From positions 544,001 through 608,000 of the forward strand of contig CBDAON010000004.1 in NCBI GenBank assembly GCA_965198065.1: a stretch of DNA of 64,000 nucleotides. The letters are read 5' to 3'. The translations under genes were made by a program, and so were the position numbers. Shown here piece after piece: positions 61,372 through 64,000 of this stretch. Below the pieces are notes generated by a model that was not told the DNA's origin, did no database searches, and was given only the letters and a program-made list of their open reading frames with translations. Source of the DNA: Longimicrobiales bacterium. Its GTDB lineage: Bacteria; Gemmatimonadota; Gemmatimonadetes; Longimicrobiales; Gaopeijiaceae. How positions within the stretch are numbered: the stretch's first letter is position 1; the number at the start of each line of letters is the position of its first letter.

Positions 61372-61813
61372 TCACCGGGCCAGCTCCTCCCGCACGAGTC
61401 GGTTCGCTTCCCGCCCGTCGTACCGGCCGCGGATCCGGGGCATCAATCGCCCCATCACAGCCCCCATCTCCGCCGGACCCTCGGCCAGTATCTCCCGGAT
61501 CATGACCCGCACCTCCCCTTCGTCCAGCGCCGGGGGGAGAAACTCCGCGAGGATCGAGGATTCGCGCTCCTCCTTCGCCGCGAGATCCTCACGTCTCCCG
61601 ACCCGCATTTGCTCGGCCGCGTCACGACGTTGCTTGATGCCCCGCGCGATCACGTCGCGAACCGTGTCGTCGTCGGCCGCACGCCCCAGCTCGATCTCTC
61701 GGTTTCGGACGTCGGAGAGGAGAGTGGAGAGGACCACCGTCCTGACCTTGTCGCGTTCCTTCCGGGCCTGATTTGAGAGCGTCCCGAATCGCACTGTGAG
61801 CGGTCGTTCCCAC
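61372..61813 (-). CDS. GatB/YqeY domain protein (apparent extra A at about 61773)
   Basis: MGTTAHSAIRDAL joins NQARKERDK...KQRRDAAEQ...MGAVMG when one A is removed. Confidence 0.85.
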
Positions 61814-61914
61814 GCGGCTTCGACGAGGGGCGAAGAGTCTCCTGACTTCGCGGCACCGAAAAGCTACCCGGCACGGACGGAAGGGTCAACGCGCCCCGCG
61901 CTCACGGCGGACGC

Positions 61915-62277
61915 TCACCCCGGAGGCCAGGTAAAGGCCCTCCCCCCGAGGAGATGAAGGTGGAGATGAGGGACGGTCTGTCCCCCATCGTCTCCCGTGT
62001 TGGTCACCAATCTGTAGCCACTCTCCTCCACGCCGAGCTTCCTCGCGACGGTGCCGGCGGCGACCAGGAGGCGCCCCGCGAGCGCTTCGTCGGCGGACCC
62101 CAGCTCGGCCACGGAGGCAAGGTGCCTGCGCGGGATGAGGAGGACGTGGATGGGAGCCTGCTGGTTCAGGTCATGGAAGGCGACGAGCTCCGCCTCCTCA
62201 TGGACGACCCGGGCCGGGATCCGACCGGCCGCAATCTCACAGAAGATACAGCTCGTCGCCGTCGCTCCACTGGTCAT
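61915..62277 (-). CDS. Histidine triad nucleotide-binding protein
   Basis: CIFC, GQTVPHLHLHLLGG, WPPG. Confidence 0.93.
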   Translation of the reverse strand: MTSGATATSCIFCEIAAGRIPARVVHEEAELVAFHDLNQQAPIHVLLIPRRHLASVAELGSADEALAGRLLVAAGTVARKLGVEESGYRLVTNTGDDGGQTVPHLHLHLLGGRAFTWPPG

Positions 62278-62467
62278 GTCGGGTCACTCCGGAGGATGCG
62301 GTGGCTGAAGCAGGAGCCCCGGGATAGTGAGGAGGTCGAGTCGCCCGCGAAAGAACTCCAGCCCACGTCGGCCCACGTGCCCATGGGTCGACCCCACCCC
62401 GAGGCGTAGGCTCGACGGTGCCATGCGATCTTCGAGACCACGTGGAGCCTACCTGCGGAGCGCACCC

Positions 62468-63037
62468 ATGGATCCACTTCCCCGAGCGGCCGTCGCGCTC
62501 CTCTCACGCCACCCGTCCCCCGCCCTGTCCATGGAGGACCTCCAGGAACTCCTGAAGTGGGAGGACCCTTTCGCGTCCCCGGGAGACGACGAGGTGCTGA
62601 GGCGGCTCGACCTGCATGGCCGGGGGCTCCGGGTTCTCGTGCGACCCAAACGACGCTGGATGGGTCCCGTCGGCCCGGCCGCGTGGATCCTGGCAGAGAC
62701 CAGCGACCGGGAGGCTCGGATCCGGGCCCGACCAGCGCTCGGGCTGCTCCGCAGCTCCGTCCTCTCTCTAGGAGCCTTGGTCGAGCCCGGCTCGGGCCGG
62801 CGGTGGGCCCGCTGGACCCGCCTGCTCCGCGAAGAGGCACGGCTTCGCACCTCCCTCGAGCGCCCCCTTCGGTCCCGCGACGGGGCTCCAGCCAACGGGC
62901 CCGAAAGGCGCCCGTCCACCACTCCTCCTCCCGATCCTCCTCGTCCAGGGAGAGCCCGTGCGCATCGGCCGACGCCACGAGCCCACCCGCCTCGGGGAGG
63001 AGGACACCCCCGAGGAGGACCCAACCGCCGGGCCTGA
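62468..63037 (+). CDS. Hypothetical protein
   Basis: Plausible codon use from MDPLPRAAVALL; the low-complexity 3' part overlaps prmA on the opposite strand. Confidence 0.5.
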   Translation: MDPLPRAAVALLSRHPSPALSMEDLQELLKWEDPFASPGDDEVLRRLDLHGRGLRVLVRPKRRWMGPVGPAAWILAETSDREARIRARPALGLLRSSVLSLGALVEPGSGRRWARWTRLLREEARLRTSLERPLRSRDGAPANGPERRPSTTPPPDPPRPGRARAHRPTPRAHPPRGGGHPRGGPNRRA

Positions 63038-63760
63038 GGCTCCGGCGGATTCCCGGCATGAGCCGGTGAAGGGTCCGGGTCTCCAGGTGGCCGCGATCAG
63101 ATCGAAGTCGGGACGATCCGACAGGAGCTCCGGCCCGACCTCGGCCTCCACTACACGAACCCGGTCGGACAGACCATTCCGCTCCACGTCATGCCGCTTC
63201 CGGTCCCAACGTCGGCCATCCGGTCGCTCGCGCGCAGGCGGGGGTCGAGCAGACGGAGGGCCCCGCGCGTCGTGGGGTGCTCCGCCGTCCCGAAGGCCAT
63301 GCCAGGGTCGAGCGAGACCAGGTGCTCAGGGGGAGCCGGGGTCGGGCCTCCCAGGTGGGGCTCAGCACGATCCGCGGGGTCACGCGACGCGGAGCGAGCC
63401 CACGCTGCCAGATCTCCACCCAGGCCTCCTGCTCCTGCCAGCGATGAGAGATGACCTCGGGCTTGGCGCCGAGTGCGCGCTTCGCTAGGCTCGAACCCGG
63501 CAGACGAGATCGGCTGCCGAAGAGGAGCCGGGCGTCGATGTGCGGTCGTCGGTCGAGTGGTGGTCGGGAGCGCGGTCGTCAGGCGGGGACCAATCGTCGG
63601 CGCCCTCCGGAAAGTACGCCACGACAACCCGGGCGCCGGCCTCAAGGGATTCGAACTCCTCCACGCGCCCCGCCCCGAGAGCGCAACGAGCGCCTCGATC
63701 AGGAGCCCCGCCTCCTCGTCGTCCGCGGGGAGCCGCGATCTCCAGAACCAGCCACCCCAT
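62900..63760 (-). pseudogene. prmA: Ribosomal protein L11 methyltransferase, disrupted (3' boundary approximate)
   Basis: DPGMAFGTAEHPTT, DVGTGSG, FDLIAA and LRPGG..LGG lie in different frames; follows dnaJ. Confidence 0.85.
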
Positions 63761-63762
63761 GG

Positions 63763-64000
63763 TCAGCCGGTGAACGCCCCTCGCACCTTGGACCAGAACC
63801 CCTGGGACGCGCCCTCCGCCGGCTCCACCTTCTCCGGGGGTCGATCCTCCACCGCCCTCATCCGCTCGAGCGCCTCCTTCTGCTCCCGGGAGAGCTGCGT
63901 CGGCGTCCAGACCCTCAACCGCACGACCAGATCGCCCCGCGTGGATCCGTGAAGCTCGGGCACCCCTTCCCCCTTCACCCGGATGAACTGGCCGCTCTGA
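63763..64000 (-). CDS. dnaJ: Chaperone DnaJ, C-terminal part (partial)
   Basis: KGEGVP...RGDLVV...TPTQLS.EQKE...FWSKVR; precedes prmA. Confidence 0.88.
   Translation of the reverse strand, partial: QSGQFIRVKGEGVPELHGSTRGDLVVRLRVWTPTQLSREQKEALERMRAVEDRPPEKVEPAEGASQGFWSKVRGAFTG

Noticed and set aside
53951..61505. Long plus-strand ORFs (770, 839 and 634 aa)
   Set aside because: Antisense shadows of recJ, dnaG and mutS2, typical of high-GC DNA; no motifs

Overview
A very GC-rich bacterial chromosomal segment. Gene content and order suggest Gemmatimonadota, but this is inference, not a search result. Most of the window is minus-strand housekeeping operons: dnaJ-prmA-HIT-YqeY-mutS2-dnaG-Zn ribbon-recJ-rsmD-coaD-STAS/RsbW/PP2C-rsmA-rex-exonuclease-MBL-Leu dehydrogenase; glyA-nnr-thiL-plsC-eno-ftsB-tRNA(CAT); glpQ-tilS-hpt-ftsH-folP-cdaA-exbBDD; and yggS-divIVA-PNP-ileS-rluD-tandem DnaA-like ATPase-DUF4388/TPR-peptidase. 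An approximately 12.3 kb island (23789-36061) sits at the 3' end of tRNA-Met(CAT), bounded by a 39-bp direct repeat, with no recognisable integrase. It carries a CzcCBA-type heavy-metal RND pump, a porin plus small cytochrome c pair, a CX4CH lipoprotein and a His-rich outer-membrane protein, and no recognisable transcription regulator. The strongest candidate for a new system: both metal operons are led by secreted, His-rich leader ORFs ending in ribosome-arrest-like motifs (RAPP twice; NAPP), and their last codons are complementary to the downstream Shine-Dalgarno sequence. Several genes carry 1-2 nt indels that look like sequencing errors.
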